Source of the DNA: Trichinella spiralis
Lineage: Eukaryota
Assembly (NCBI RefSeq): GCF_000181795.1
Contig: NW_003526945.1
Location: forward strand, 2,405,930 to 2,469,929
Direction: 5' to 3'
DNA: 64,000 nucleotides
Numbering within the stretch: the first letter of the stretch is position 1; each line of letters opens with the position of its first letter. The notes under the pieces were generated by a model. That model did not search any database. It was not told the origin of the DNA and was given only the letters and a program-made list of their open reading frames with translations. Shown here piece by piece: positions 25,409-39,510 of the stretch. Made by a program: the position numbers and the translations under genes.

Positions 25409-26191
25409 GTTTTATTTGCGCTTCACCTGCACTGGTTATGGCTGAAAAATGCTGGTCTCGTCCTTCAATCACCATTCGTCATGGTAGTTCATAGTTCGAT
25501 GCTATATATATATGCCTATATAAAAAATTTAAATATTACTTTGTTTTTTACTTGTCATTCTTTATCATAATAATATCAACGCTTTCTCTCTCTCTCTCTC
25601 CTTCCCTCTCAATTTATCCTCTTTTAAAATTAATAATTCGACTGCCCTCCGTGCCTCGCTTGTTCATGCCATGATTCCACCTGTCTATCTGTCTGCGCAG
25701 AAATTGTTTTCAGTTTTGTCGTCCATTTCGTGCGGGTTATGAGTAATAACAAGGTTGGATGTAGTTTATTTTATTTATTCATTGTCATTTCAAGCGACAT
25801 GTCGAATTGGTAGAGATAAATGTGAGAAAGCAGCACTATTTGAAAATGCACCGATTGCTTTTGATGTACTTTGAAGAAAAAAACTGATAATCGCCTGATT
25901 TCATTCAACAGCTTCTTCAAAACAAAACTGATTTGCATATGGAGAATAATTGTCAAACCAACAGCACGCAACGGTTTGAATGAATTACAGTATGATTTGT
26001 TGAATTTCAAATGAAACGAACGTTGTTGCACAGAATGGAGAAGGAAAGAACAATTGAAATATTCTCGTTTGTAGCTTGTTTTTTGTCTTTTCTTAATCTT
26101 TTTTCTTTTTCCACTTGGTATTGCTTCACATGATTAGAGTTTTAATTTTTGTTGTAAAAAATGACAGGTGAAGCCGAAGATTTTGAAACGT

Positions 26192-27674
26192 TCAAATGAT
26201 TTCCAATTTCACATCTTCGGCAATGTTGAAGAAGCCTTTCTGTTCTTCGAACAGCAACCTCAGCTCGTCCATGTAACGCTGGTGGAGTTGGTCAATTTGT
26301 TGTTGTGTGGGATTTGGACATTTGGTGACTTCGATTGGTCGACCAACTGTAAAAAGATAACAAAAACCAAACATCAGAATTAAAGCATTAGCCAACATTT
26401 TACGCTTTACAAGCTCCGCTACTACTTACCGACCGTGCAGATGGGTTGTCGAAAGGGCAGTATCCCGAAAGGCAAGTTCAAGAAACCGCGACCATAAAAC
26501 ACGGGTGTGGAGAATCGAATAAATTTGCGAAATTTATTCTGAAAAAATGAAAAGAAAACCAAACTGATGATCTTCTTCTCTTGGAAAAGATTGCAATTAT
26601 TACTTGAAATTTTCGCAAATAGGAGCCATGTGGATTGTTGATTTGTCGAAATATATCATTTTCACCGAACGAATATGATGGTACCAGTGATGCACTGAAA
26701 TGCAGCTAACTATTCAACTACTGCTACTATACTAGCGGTGAATTACGATCTACGTTGTGAATGAAGTGTTTTCTATCGATTTTACGTTGCACGTAAAAAA
26801 ATAATAATATCGATTGATGCTAGCTTGAAAGCGGTATTGTTGTAGTTTTTGTTAATTTGATTGTTTTTTAAGATGAATTATGATGAGCTCAGTATACAAA
26901 ATTAAGCTTGCTTGTATTAATCGTAAGTGAAAAATGTTGTCCAATTTACCCGGAAAGCAGAGCAAGCTTGACGAAACCTTTTCTTGATTTGAGAACCAGA
27001 GTATGCTTTCTTGGATGTGCCTCAAGCGCTTCTTCTGCACCGCCGACGACAATCACCACTGCGTTTCCACCTTCTGGTTTGTTCATCAAAAAGCTGATGC
27101 TTTCTTTGCTGCAGTCGACGATTCCTAATATTCAAGCTTGTCAGTGGAGACAAAAACAACAATTCAGCACTGCTTGCTTACCGAGGAGTAGCAGGTACTC
27201 TCGCCGTAGAGGTACGTAGAAATTTCCAACCAACGTGCACGTATAGCAGGTTATTCCTGGAAAAAGCTTGCTGAATCCTGTCGCTTCGGTGATGAAATTG
27301 GTAAAAACTCCGACAGTCATGATTCCATGTGGATGATTCGGAATGATGTAATTCTTCGTCGGATCCAGGGAAACGGTTTTCTTCAACGAAACTGGAAAAT
27401 AGTCGGCCAAATATTTGTATAACGATGAACAGCGCAATGGTATGAACAAGTGGGATCCAGTACATGGAGCGTAAAAATCTTTACAATACCAAATCGCGTA
27501 CAGAATTACAGTCCACCACAGCTGAGTTTGGTAAAAGATATAAAACAACAACCAGACAGCCAGAAATGGACTGAAGAGAAAAATAGAAACATTCAGCAAA
27601 ACTGCAGCAGCTTGTAGGCAACTTTTTAGAAAACTGTTGTCGGTGATTTCTTTTCTTTCGTCACTATCATCCAT
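26192..27674 (-). CDS. DGAT2/MOGAT-family acylglycerol O-acyltransferase (5 exons)
   Basis: N-terminal hydrophobic segment, YFP motif, catalytic HPHG motif, [32 protein letters not shown] and VGRPI, all hallmarks of the DAGAT family. DGAT2 versus MOGAT cannot be resolved by eye. Confidence 0.92.
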
Positions 27675-28691
27675 CGGTAGAAATTGAATCGGTAGAACAC
27701 AAATTCAACGAACACGCGCGTCAATAATATGCAAAATCTGAAAAACAGCTCATATAATGTAATCTACTTGAAATTACAATTCGAATACATCGTCAGAAAA
27801 AATCGATCTCCACAACGGAACCATAAACTCAGTACAAGACAAAGTATGCATAACTGTCAAAGTGAAAATATAGTATGTCGAACAATCAAGATCAATTGAA
27901 TAGGCGAATTTTCAATTTGGAAAACATATTGCAATTTTTTCTTATACACTAACATAATAATGTAATGCAGACGGAATAAAAATTATTTTTAATTTATACA
28001 ACAAAAATTACGATGTTTGTACATTCACAAAGGATGTAATCGAATGAATTTCTCATTTGACGCAGTGCACAAGATGAGATATGCCATAATTTGAAATACA
28101 AGAAAAAGCAGTGCAAAAGCTAAGCACTTATAGGAAATGTAAATGATTAAATTTGAATCCTACGTTAAATACATTACAACATAAGCATAAACAAAGAAGT
28201 TATAGAAATTCCTTTTGAATTGAAAATTGTTGTCTTTGTCTATTTTTTTATAAAAAACAAATATCAAATTTCGGCATTAAATTATAAATAATATCAATCT
28301 TAAAATTTTGAATACATTTAAATACTTGAATTTTTTGAAGAATACTGTATTACTTTTTCATTTAAAAAGATTAAGCAGGTTTTAAAAAATATATCTATCT
28401 AGATATTGTGACTGAAATTGAATAATTTTAAAAATAATTAAAATGGCAAATTTGAACTTTGCTGGTTGAAAGGTTTTAGTTCTCAATTGCTTTTCTTAGT
28501 GTCAAAATCTTGCAATTCTAAAAGACACGATTCATCTTCTCAACAAATAAATGTTACATAATTTTATTTCCTCAACATGTTTGTTGAATCATGTTCACAT
28601 ACGCACACGTACACACACACACACACATAATATTCATCGAAAGAGAAAAAGTTTTGAATATATAATAAATCAGAATAAAAATTTCATCATT

Positions 28692-30098
28692 TTATTTCGT
28701 TCTGTCACCACTTGCACCACTTTTCTTTTTAGAGTCATAAACACAAATCCAACGCTTTTCTAAGTTTTCTTTCCAAATTGATACCTAAATTATGATTAAT
28801 GAAATAAACTATCACTAATAATAAAATTTGAAAATATAAAATCACCTCCTGATTTGAAACTGAAACTGCAAGCTTGGTACCACAAAGCGACCAACTGACA
28901 TGCCATGCTACATTGTCAAAACGCCACTGAAATTTTTTAATCCACATCTTTTTGTCTAGGTCATTACATTCCCAGATTATGAAAGTGAAATCCTGAAAAT
29001 ACAATTGAATAAAATTTAAAGTGACTAAACTGCTTGAAATACCTGAGAACAGGAAGCAATTTTGTGCACATTACTGTTAACTATAGGAGACCAGGCAACA
29101 CCACGTACCCAATCCTCGTGACCTTCGAGTGAAATTTCCAGTTCCCATTGATTATCATTGTTCAAACTGAAAAACATATCTTCAAAATTACACAACTTAT
29201 GTAATAACAACAAACATACTTCCAAATTTTCACCAAATTATCACATCCACCAGTCACAACACGCATAGAAGCATGAGATGCTTTCTGTTCAAACAGTGAA
29301 AAAGAAAAAGCGATCGGACACCAACTTATTGCATTACATCCTCGCTAAAATTGCTACAATACTTAAAAAGTAGAAAGTAACGTAAAAACAAACTTTATGT
29401 GCATTCAAAATTTTCGACTGCTTCCAACCTAAAATAGATTAACTTTCTCATTAATCAACAAAATCAGTCCCGATGCTTACTCTGATCAATGTTAGACATG
29501 ACTGTTGCAGTACCGTCAGCACTACAGAAAGCTAAAATCATTCCATACTCGTGTGGCGCCCAGCAAACGGAATTCACTTGAACACAAAACAAGCACTAAC
29601 TACTGAACTGTTAAAAATCAACATGTACCTGATGCATCATGACAAGCAAATTCAGTAAATTTAGACCATTTTCTCTCCTTGCATTTCCAGATGATTACTT
29701 TTTTATCATAAGAACAAGTAGCTAGCATATTTCCAAACATTGGATGAGCCCAACTGCACTGCCAAACTGGTCCTTGATGGCTATAATACTTTTCTATAAG
29801 CAAACTTTTGCACAAACGATTTTCGCCTACTCATTTAATTCAGCTTCAACCATAAACTGTCCATCCGATTTTATGTCATAAATTTTGACCAGTCGATCGC
29901 TGGAACATGTGGCTAACTTTGTTCCATAGAAATCAACTTGGCAATCATTCTGCAAAAACAACCTTGTCAACAAACGAATATTACATAATGACGATTAACA
30001 TACAATAAGACTTCGATGACCGGTTTCTATTCTACTTAATAATGAATCCTAAAATAAAATTTTAACGCAAAGTTTTCTCAAAAAAACAGAAATACCAT
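28692..30098 (-). CDS. SEC13: Protein transport protein SEC13 (WD40; COPII, nuclear pore and GATOR2 component)
   Basis: M|DSLLSRIETGHRSLI|NDCQVDFYGTKLATCSSDRLVKIY, HQGPVWQCSWAHPMFGNMLATCSYDKKVIIWK, SVNSVCWAPHEYG, VTGGCDNLVKIW, LEGHEDWVRGVAWSP, WHVSWS. The first coding exon is the ATG alone (30096-30098); stop TAA at 28692-28694. Confidence 0.95.
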
Positions 30099-33000
30099 AA
30101 TTTGACAGAAATGTTTTCAAAAATAAACCAGTCAACCAAGGATTGACGTTGATATCTACAATAAATAATTTATTAATATAAGCAAATAAATGATGAACGA
30201 AAAACTACTTTACGAAAATAAAATTACACAGCTTAAAAATGCACCGCTTTAACGCACTGTCAAATGCACTGTAAAATAAATACAGTATGTTGTTTGCAAG
30301 TTTGAATTGTAAGCATTTATTATTTAATTGAATACTATTCATTTGACAAATTTATCTGTTCGTTTTTACATTAATTATAAAATGAACAGAAAAATTTATA
30401 TAAAATAGACGTTATTGACATTAATAAGTCATTCATTTTGCTGCACGCAATTTTTAAAGTCAAATTTCATTGAAAAGTAAATATTTTTAGAATTCTGAAA
30501 ATAATGCGTTGAAAATTTTTTTCTTTCCTTCCCAAACATTGTGATAAAGTTTCTGAAATGAGGAATCATTACTAAAAATGAGAAATCAGAATTGCGTAAT
30601 TCGAGAAATCATTGTTCTAACACAGATTGCATTTATGCCACTTTTACGTTTTAATTTTGGTGATGAATTTTTTTTTGTTTCACGCAGCATCTGGTTTCAT
30701 TGGACGCAAATAAATTTGTTTACATTGACATATAACGCACTGAACTAATCAATCTTCAAAGCAATGGCATGCGAAAAGCAATAACAGCGTAGCAATCTTT
30801 TTCCTGATATTACACTTCTTCATTCTCTTCCTGCGTTATGCACCATTTGATTTCCTTATCGCCAATCGCTTTTATAATATTATTAAAAGTCTGTTTCTGT
30901 ATAAGCGTAAGTTGAATATTATTATAATGCTCTTTTTGCATCTAAAACTTCTGCTTTTTACAATAACTACGTTTACTGTTTATAATTTGTTTACAATAAC
31001 CCATGTATGTATCTTATAACGTAAGTTGCATGTGAAAAATATTGTTATAATAATATACACAAGTACACATGTATTTTTTCTTATCATAAAATGAGTTTTA
31101 AAAGAAAAATAAGTGTTAAAATAATATCTTTTCAAAAATACATAAAATTAAAAGTTCCAATTTATAACATCACAAACTGCCGGTTATCAACTTCATTATA
31201 GTAATTTTTAGACAATAAGAATTGCTCTTGCTTGTTTTGATCGTAACTTTCACAGTACGAGTCGTAAATTAAATATGAACAATTATGAACGCATTGATTA
31301 TTTAAAGTTAGTTTAGAAATAAGTATTACTTACAATTTATATATGTTTTTAACTGTTGAAATTTAAAAGCAATAATAAATTGTCATCTACACAACTGCAC
31401 TTGATGTGCAATGCAAAAATTGTTTACTTTAAATAAAACGTTAAGAAAAAATTAAATATTTAATTAAAAATGACAGCTGATTTCAATATTGTAGATATTG
31501 TCCATGTATCTCTCGCACTGTCAATTCAATATATGTGAAGAAGAATACTTGGAAATTATTGAAATTTGTCAAGGAAAACTTCATTCGTGTCCTGATAAGG
31601 AGGCGCTGTATGTTATTTGTATGAAAAAATGCTTTATGAATTATAATTCAGAAGAAGAAATCGATATTCTGGAAGCCGTAAATCGAAGCTTATCTGAATT
31701 TATGGAAAATAACAATTCTGCATTACTTTAAGGAGATGATGTTCAATGTACATTTTATGTGATTTACTTGAATTTATTGAATACGTAATAAAGTTGAACC
31801 ATTTGAATGAAAAGTATCCGAATAAGGAACAACATAAGGCCATTCATCATGAGCTGACGCTGTTGTTCACTCTTTGCAAAATACTTTTTGACCGTTGAAA
31901 TACTTTAATGCAATAATCTCACTGCTACTATTGATAAAGCATTTCGAATACATTTATACGTGAAACGATTCAACTGTTGTTATACAACTTTGGCTCTCGC
32001 CAGAGTATCTCAAACACGCGTTCGTATAGAGCCATGGTTGGACATGAATTTTGGGTATTATTGAATAAAATTATGATCTGCGCCTGAGATGATAAATTTT
32101 TGCTTGTTACATTTTATTACGCAAGCTTGATTCTTGTATTTCGTATTTTTCTAAAATCAAGAAGCGCTATTGTTCGCCGTTTCGACTTCCTGGCCAGTAA
32201 TTTCATCCCACGTCTCATTACGGCAAAACAAAAATGTTGTTCGCATAGTGTTTGTTCACCTTCACGGCCGCATGCCATATTCACATCCAACATTACAATC
32301 TGGATTTTACCCTCCTCAAACGTTGTATTTTGTTGATCAAATTCTGCGTTCACCCGGTAAAAACTGTAGCGAATAACAGAGAAATTAAAAGTATTACGTT
32401 CCTTTAAGAATAATTTTGATAAACAAAAACAACAATTTGCTGAACAACTGTATTCCCAGTAAAACAATAATGAAGAAATTTCTTCTCAGAATGACAACTC
32501 TTATTCAAGAGCTGTTGCATTCCTACTTCAAATATGTAGGCTCTCAAATGGCTGCATTCAAGGCAGCCAAGTAGTATTACAGATGTCTGTGATAGGTTAT
32601 TGCTCTCTGATTTCATGTATTACTTTGCTTGTCATCAATAATTTTCGCACTTTGTACTTAAATACGCATCTAAACCAACTTCCATCTAAACTTTTCTATA
32701 CAATACGCTGTTATTAACAGATAAAACTGCAATTAATTTCAAATGATCTATGAAACCCTTTATATGCTTTTATTTTAAATATGAATGAAATAAAACTTGA
32801 TTCATTATCATGTAATTTTATGAAATGTTACTGTAATATAGCAAAGCTTTATTTAACGTCTTCTGAAATAAGTAAAAATCTGAAATTCATTTTCTTTGAA
32901 CAGAATTTAATGAAGTAATTAAATTTGCCGTTTTTTTTATTTTGTAATGCATTTCTAATAATTTATAAGGCTTTTCAAATCAAATGAAAATTTATTGAAC

Positions 33001-33753
33001 GTGATTATTAATAAATGACAAACCTTTTATAACGTTGACAGAGCAAATAACATAAGCCAATAGTGAATTAGAAAATCATTAAATTATTAATAAAGTATAA
33101 AATATATAAAATAATGATGAAACGTTAATTTAATATCTTTGACAAAGAAAAAAATCACCGATAAATAAAAGTAGCATCGCTAAAAAATAATTTTTAAATA
33201 TTTAAATATATATATATTTAAATTATTAATTTTATTAAAACACTATTTGTCCAAGATATTTTTTTATTGTTTCTTCCTGCTTACTGTAATAAATAAAATT
33301 GCTGTTTTATTTGAAAAACCTTTTAATAATTTTTCAAAAGTATACTAAAAATTTTAAAAACATTTTACAAATTTAAAGGTAATATAAATTGATCACAATA
33401 CCAACGGAATAAAATTCTTAAATTCCTCAACTTAACCTACATTTTCTTTACCTGCATTTACTTATTTTACTGAACATGACGGGTTAAAGTTCTTTGTTGT
33501 AGTTGTGTTTGGCACGCTCGTGGCTCTCTGTTGCGAATGTTTTTGGTTGCTTCTTCAGACTCATTTGCTTTTTGATTTGAATAGGCATTAACTGCTTAAA
33601 TAACTCTTAATAGTTTCTCATTATACGATTGCGTAATTTTATGTAATCCTTTGTGCTTCGGCGAGACCATTTTTAGTTATTTATAATTATTGTTTTTGAT
33701 CAGTTCACTTTAAATTTATTAAATTCAATTTTATTTTACTTTAGATTGTGGAG

Positions 33754-36700
33754 ATGGACGTCGATTCGCTTGTCACAAACGTAATCTGTGCGGTGAGGAC
33801 GATGTCGGCTGGCTCAAATGTTGAAGAAATTCGGAGTGCTACAAATTGGCTTAATGAATTTCAGCAGTCGGTAAATGTTAACTAGATTATTAAATTTGAT
33901 TTCTTAACGTTTTAAATGTTAAGTTTCTTTTTTTATAATCTGTCCATTTTGTTTTAAACATTTTCAACATTAATCATATAAAATGCATTTTATTTGTAAA
34001 GTACAATTTCAATTTAATATTGAGATAATTTTCATTAAAAAACTTTGTTTTTTTGATTTTGAGTTTTCTCATTTGTTATCTAACACTGTAAATTGTAGGA
34101 TATGGCCGTCGCTGTTGCGGAAAAAATTTTGAATAATGATGCTTTGCCGGCCGCGTGGACATTTGCCGCAACGACAATTAGGACAAAATTGTTGAAGAAT
34201 TTTCAACAGGCTTCCAGTGAATCGTATTCAGTGTTTTTTGATTCGTTGGCCACCTTATTAATGTAATCGGCAGCTTAATTAATCAATAATGTCGTTTGAA
34301 ATTTGAAATATTTTTAGAAAATTTTATGCTATGGGAATGAAACCTGTTGTGGCGACTCTTTCTTCGGCGATCGCAGTTTTGCACATTAGAGTTCAAGATT
34401 GGAAAGATCCAGTTTTGGATTTGTCTTCCAAGTAATGATTTAAATATGTAAAGGTTAATGTTTATTTATTTGTTTTGAATTTAGGCTTGTTACTGGAAAT
34501 CAACACTTGCTCTTTCTTTCAGTATTGTCGACATACGCCGAAGAATTGAGTAACGACCGGCTTCGCGTTGGAATATGTCGTCGACAAGAGTTGAAGCAAG
34601 CAATGCATTTGCAGATGAATAATGTCATGCAATGCATAGTATGTATAATTTTTTTGAAACATAAATTAATAAATTTCTAATTATTAAATTGATAAAGTTT
34701 AAAAATTTAAATTAAAGTTAGTTAAACAACTTTTTCAAATACTGTAAATTCGTACTTAGATTTAGTTTCGAATATAATCGAATATAAAATGTAGTAACCC
34801 AAGCAGGGGTTTTTAGAATGCGTATTATTTTTCTGTTAAATATTCATTATAATTTAATGTATTATAAAAATAATTAGTTTATTTCTAATTTGATAAATAT
34901 GAATTGAATAGTTATGTTTATATAGTTAGATTTATTTTATAAAAATTATTTTGAATTCAGCATCGAATATATAATTAATTAATATTTCTTTTACTTTGGA
35001 AGAAATAGTTGTTTTTCTGGGCAATAATCTCAACTGCTGTTATACAATAGAATAAAAGTCTCATAATTGGTTTATTCAGACTTCCATTTTTGCTATGAAC
35101 GGAACAGTAAGAGAATGCCTCGCCGCGCAGCACTGTGCATTGCAGTGCCTTTCTCATTTAATTGGTCCCATTTTTCCACCGAATGAAGTTATTCAATATC
35201 CATTATTTGGCACGATTTTGGAAATTTTGGTACGTATTTATTTTGATCGAAATATTAGCAGAAATTTTCAGTTGAAGCAACAAATGATTATGATGATGTA
35301 ATGCTGTTTTCTTCTTTTAGAAAGATCAGTCGGCGGATGCCGCCATTCACGAATGTGCTGCAGAATGTGCATCGAATTTTTTGCTTGAAATTGCAGATAT
35401 GGTCAGAATATTGTTTTAATTATTTGTTTTTTATTTTATAATGATGATTTTCATTATTTGTTATATATATATATATATATATATGTTTATTGTTTTTATT
35501 TTCAGCAATACAAGCCCTCGTTTTCTCTCCAACACTATAAGCATATTATACTGGAATTGTTCGAATTGCTGCCGATGTTGTCCACTGCTGTGACGGAGAA
35601 AGATGAGCGAAAGTAAAAAAAAGTTGTTATTATACTTGTAATTTATGTTAATGTAGGCAAAGCGATTATGTTGTTTGATATGTAGATCCATATTTTTGAT
35701 TATGTAACCGATTGTACTTGTTTTTTTTGTTTTTCTAGAATTCAGAGTTACGTGAAGCTTTTCGTAGAATTGAGTGAATCGTGCATCACTACTATGATCA
35801 CTGAAGCCGACCCAGATATTGGCAAAAAGCCAGTGACATTGATGCTCGACATCTTTACTTTCAAAGATTATCAAGTAAATGTTTCTTTTCTGGTTTCATT
35901 ACTTTTTCTGAAAACTTTACAGACAGCTTTGAAAATTTGCTTTTCTTCACTAGACAAAAAATTAACCTTGTCCAAATGTTTCATTTTTGTTTTTTCTTTG
36001 CAGCTTATTTTAAAAACGTTCAGCTTTTGGTATTTATTATCCGAAGCGGTTTATAAAATGAACGACCATTGCAATATAGAAGAAGAAATTTATAAATACG
36101 TGAGTGAATTAATGAACCTATGCCGCTATGAAGAAGACATGGTAAGTCGATATTTTTTTGTATGCGCATTTGTTTCGGCATGTTTGCAGTATTTTGTGAT
36201 CGGCTTATTTCATATAGCTTATTATTCCGTACGGTGGCGAATTTGAAGATTTTCGTTTCATGGCTCGCGAGTCGATCAGAGATGTCACCTTCATGGTTGG
36301 CTCTATAAATCTTTTGAAGAAGGTGATACCGCGGTGAAAAATTTTTTTCAACAATTTCATCGTATTTCTTGCAGATTTACAAAAAATTAACCAGCTGCGG
36401 AGACGATTGGCGTAAAGTGGAAGCATGCATGTATGTACTTTCATCGGTGTCGGGCATTTCGCCTTTGTAAGTTGAATTTTATCATTTATTTTCGTGTTGT
36501 TATTACAGTACATTACATCTGTATTGTAGGGAACATTTTGAGCAGACTGGAGAAGTTTTCAGCTCAATTACAACAATGCCACCGGACATCCACCCTTGTC
36601 TTATCCGAGCTGCGTTGGATTTCGTGATTTGCTCTTACAAATGGCTTTGTTACAATCCAGAATATTATGGTCCGTTTTATTCGTTTTTTTCTCCAGAATT

Positions 36701-39062
36701 TTAAATAATATTTTCCATTTTCTGTTGCAGATGCGACATTTAAATTTGTTCTTGCTTGTTTCAACATTCCAAAGTTACAGAACATGGCTTCGGGAGCAGT
36801 GGTTTACTTGAGTGACCAACGAAGTGCAGTCGTATTTTTGGACGACTTGATCAACATACTCAAAAATGCTTTTCGAAGTGAAGCGTCTTCAAAAATCACT
36901 TCCCGCTTGATCGGAGGTTTTTCTTGTTGTTGTTTATTTAAATTATTTATTGATTTTTTTCTACTTGTTTTTTTTCCTTTAATACTTCATTTTGATATAT
37001 TAATATTGACCGTAGATGTCATTTGCTGGCAGACTGTTGTTGTTCTGATGTGAGTTACACGTTATGATTTACCTTTTAGCTGTCATGAACATTATGAAGG
37101 CGTCAGCATTCGAACGGTTGAAACCGACAATGATTGAACTGATTTCGGATCAAGTGAACCGTTTGACTGACGTAAGAATATTATTTATTTATCTGTTTGT
37201 TCATTTATTGCTTTATTTTTTTGCATATGTAATTTCAACGTTAATAAGCAATTTAGGTGATGAGAGTTGCGAGCGCAGATAATTGTATTCCTCGACGAGC
37301 TGTCTACTATCTCGACAATATTTCAATTTTTTTTCGCTCTGTAAAACTTCAAGTTGACAAGGACGATTATCATCCATTTTTTCCAATTTGTACCCAAGTA
37401 TGTTTTGTATAAGTTTTGGATTATTTATTTTTTTGGAATTGCCAAATATTTTTTTCTTTTCGACTTATTATTCAAGTTCATAAATTACCAAATTCTTCAT
37501 TATTGATTGAAACTAGTGTCAGTTATCTGGTGTATATTTTTAACAACACGTAAAGATCTTTTTTGTTGTAAATGTCATTAGTTGGAATGCAATTTGCGTT
37601 CATTTCTTTTTCCGTTCGCAAACAGATGTGGAGAATGAATGAATGAACAATTTCCAGTTGGAACTGTTCGAAATTTGCAAGGAAAATATTCAAGTATTGG
37701 GTTCGTGTTTTCTATTTTCAGTTATGCCCATTATTATTGGAAATCTGCGAAGCTGCTGCTGGGGATTACAGTATCAGTGAACATGCCTGTCGAGGGTTGC
37801 GTCACATATTTCGTTGTTTGGGACGAACCGCATTGGTGTTTCTGGAACCCGTCACCATCAAAGTATACGTGCCAATATTTGATTTGGTTAATTTTTGAAT
37901 TGATATGGAAAAATTTTTTCGTTTTTCAGATTTACACGATGTACCAGAAGACCGGCTACTCTTGCTATATGTATATGGCGAGCATTTTGACTGACCAATT
38001 TGGTGAACATCCGGAATTTCGTTCCGGTCTGCAGCAATTGTTCAACGTAAAATATGAATGGATACCGTTTTCGTTTGTTTGTTTTTTCGTCTTGTTCACT
38101 GCTCGATGTTGTAGGCTATGATTCCAATAGCATTCCAACAGTTGAGCAAGAAAAATTTCTCCGATGATTGTAGCGAGACGTTGGATGATCTATTCCGTTT
38201 TGTGCATCGGTAAAAATGCCCATTTGAGTTGTAGACTTGAACAATGCTTGTTCCATTTGCATATTTTTCAGCTATTTTGTCTGCTTTCCCGATGCATTTG
38301 CTTCGGTCCAGTTGCAGGAAGTGATGATTAAATTGGTCATTGCAACGTCCAATATCAATACGGATGTGTCGTTTCGCAGTATGTGCGTTTTTGTGCGCAC
38401 GTTGTTTGAGTTTGTCTCCAATGACAAAGATGCAAAAGTGAGTTGTAGTAGTGTATATTTGCATTTGCCGAGCAATGTGAAGAAATCATTGCCAATTTGG
38501 ATTGATCAAATTTGAAAAAAAACAACTGCAACACTTCAGGAATTTAAAGAGAGAAAAGAAGAAGATGTAAAAATTATCAATGCTTACGTGATGAAGTTTG
38601 GTTTTGAGCTGGTATTTACTCTTCTCAAGGCGGCCATAATGCACATTGAACATTCGATCAGCGAAGCGGTGGGCGAAGTGTTGTACGTTATAGCCAAGTA
38701 CAACCATGATGTGAGTGGATTTTTTAAAAATATTTTTCATAGAATTGCCCCAACCCTTGTGTCTTATTCTGCTTCTCGTATTATCATAGCTTTTTGTATC
38801 TTGGCTGAAACAGTCGATCCAGTGCTTTGCTAATGAAAACGCTGAGATGACCGAACATTTGGAAGACATTGGAGCAGAGTTGGCACAGTATGTGTTGTGT
38901 TGCATATATTTATTTTTTTTATTTTTTTACTGTTAACGCGATATATATACATATATTTATTATTTATCTATTTATTTATTTATTTTTATTTATATTTATA
39001 GAGTAACGGGACGTGGAGATTATGTTAATTGCGTGTCATGTTTAGCAGATTTATATCGTTAA
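33754..39062 (+). CDS. TNPO3: Transportin-3 / transportin-SR (importin-beta family HEAT-repeat nuclear import receptor)
   Basis: ATKWLNEFQQS, FAATTIRTKL, VLSTYAEELSNDRLRVGICRR, KTFSFWYLLSE, EFEDFRFMARESIRDVTFMVG, EHACRGLRHIFR and YSCYMYMASILTDQFG match the TNPO3/Mtr10 pattern. About 20 phase-consistent GT-AG exons; stop TAA at 39060-39062. Confidence 0.88.
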
Positions 39063-39311
39063 AAGGAGTGATATTTATTTATCAGTATATCTATCAGTGT
39101 GTTCAGCTATCATTCTATCTGTGTGTGTGTGCGTTTATCTAATCATTCTATCTATTTATCTTATCTATCATTTTTCTCTTTCTCTCTTTATATATATTTA
39201 TTTATCCGTCTATTTGCCCATCTTATCTTTTTAAAGTTCACACGTTTTCCAGTGCTTGCTTACACGCATTGTTTCCACTTCAGTTAAGTGAGCAGCAGTT
39301 GATTTATGAGC

Positions 39312-39460
39312 AATAAAAATGTTTTTGTTAATTGTGGTTAATTTCATTTTTGTTTGCGTTGTTCAATGACAAGCCATATCAGGTTTACTGATTTGATTAT
39401 TATCCTGATTTCCATAATATGATGACAAATATTTGCTGTTTTGCCGATCAATTATTGTAG
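39312..39460 (+). promoter_or_regulatory. TNPO3 poly(A) signal, U-rich tract and downstream 3' splice acceptor (operon-like intercistronic region)
   Basis: AATAAA at 39312-39317, T/GT-rich run at 39322-39363, TTGTAG acceptor at 39455-39460 preceding the CCDC50 reading frame. Confidence 0.5.
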
Positions 39461-39510
39461 CTGGTGAAAATGCTGTCGACGAGACGCTTGATTTGAACGT
39501 TGCGTTGACG

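Noticed and set aside
32340..32380. Minus-strand TTACCGGGTGAAC resembling miR-35/36-family miRNAs
   Set aside because: The seed differs from TCACCGGG, and the surrounding fold is only ~11 pairs.
37626..37693. Possible poison cassette exon in a TNPO3 intron
   Set aside because: The downstream intron would be only ~28 nt, too short to splice.
38888..39461. TNPO3-CCDC50 fusion by skipping the last TNPO3 exon
   Set aside because: The donor is phase 2 but the CCDC50 acceptor needs phase 1; the join gives an immediate stop.
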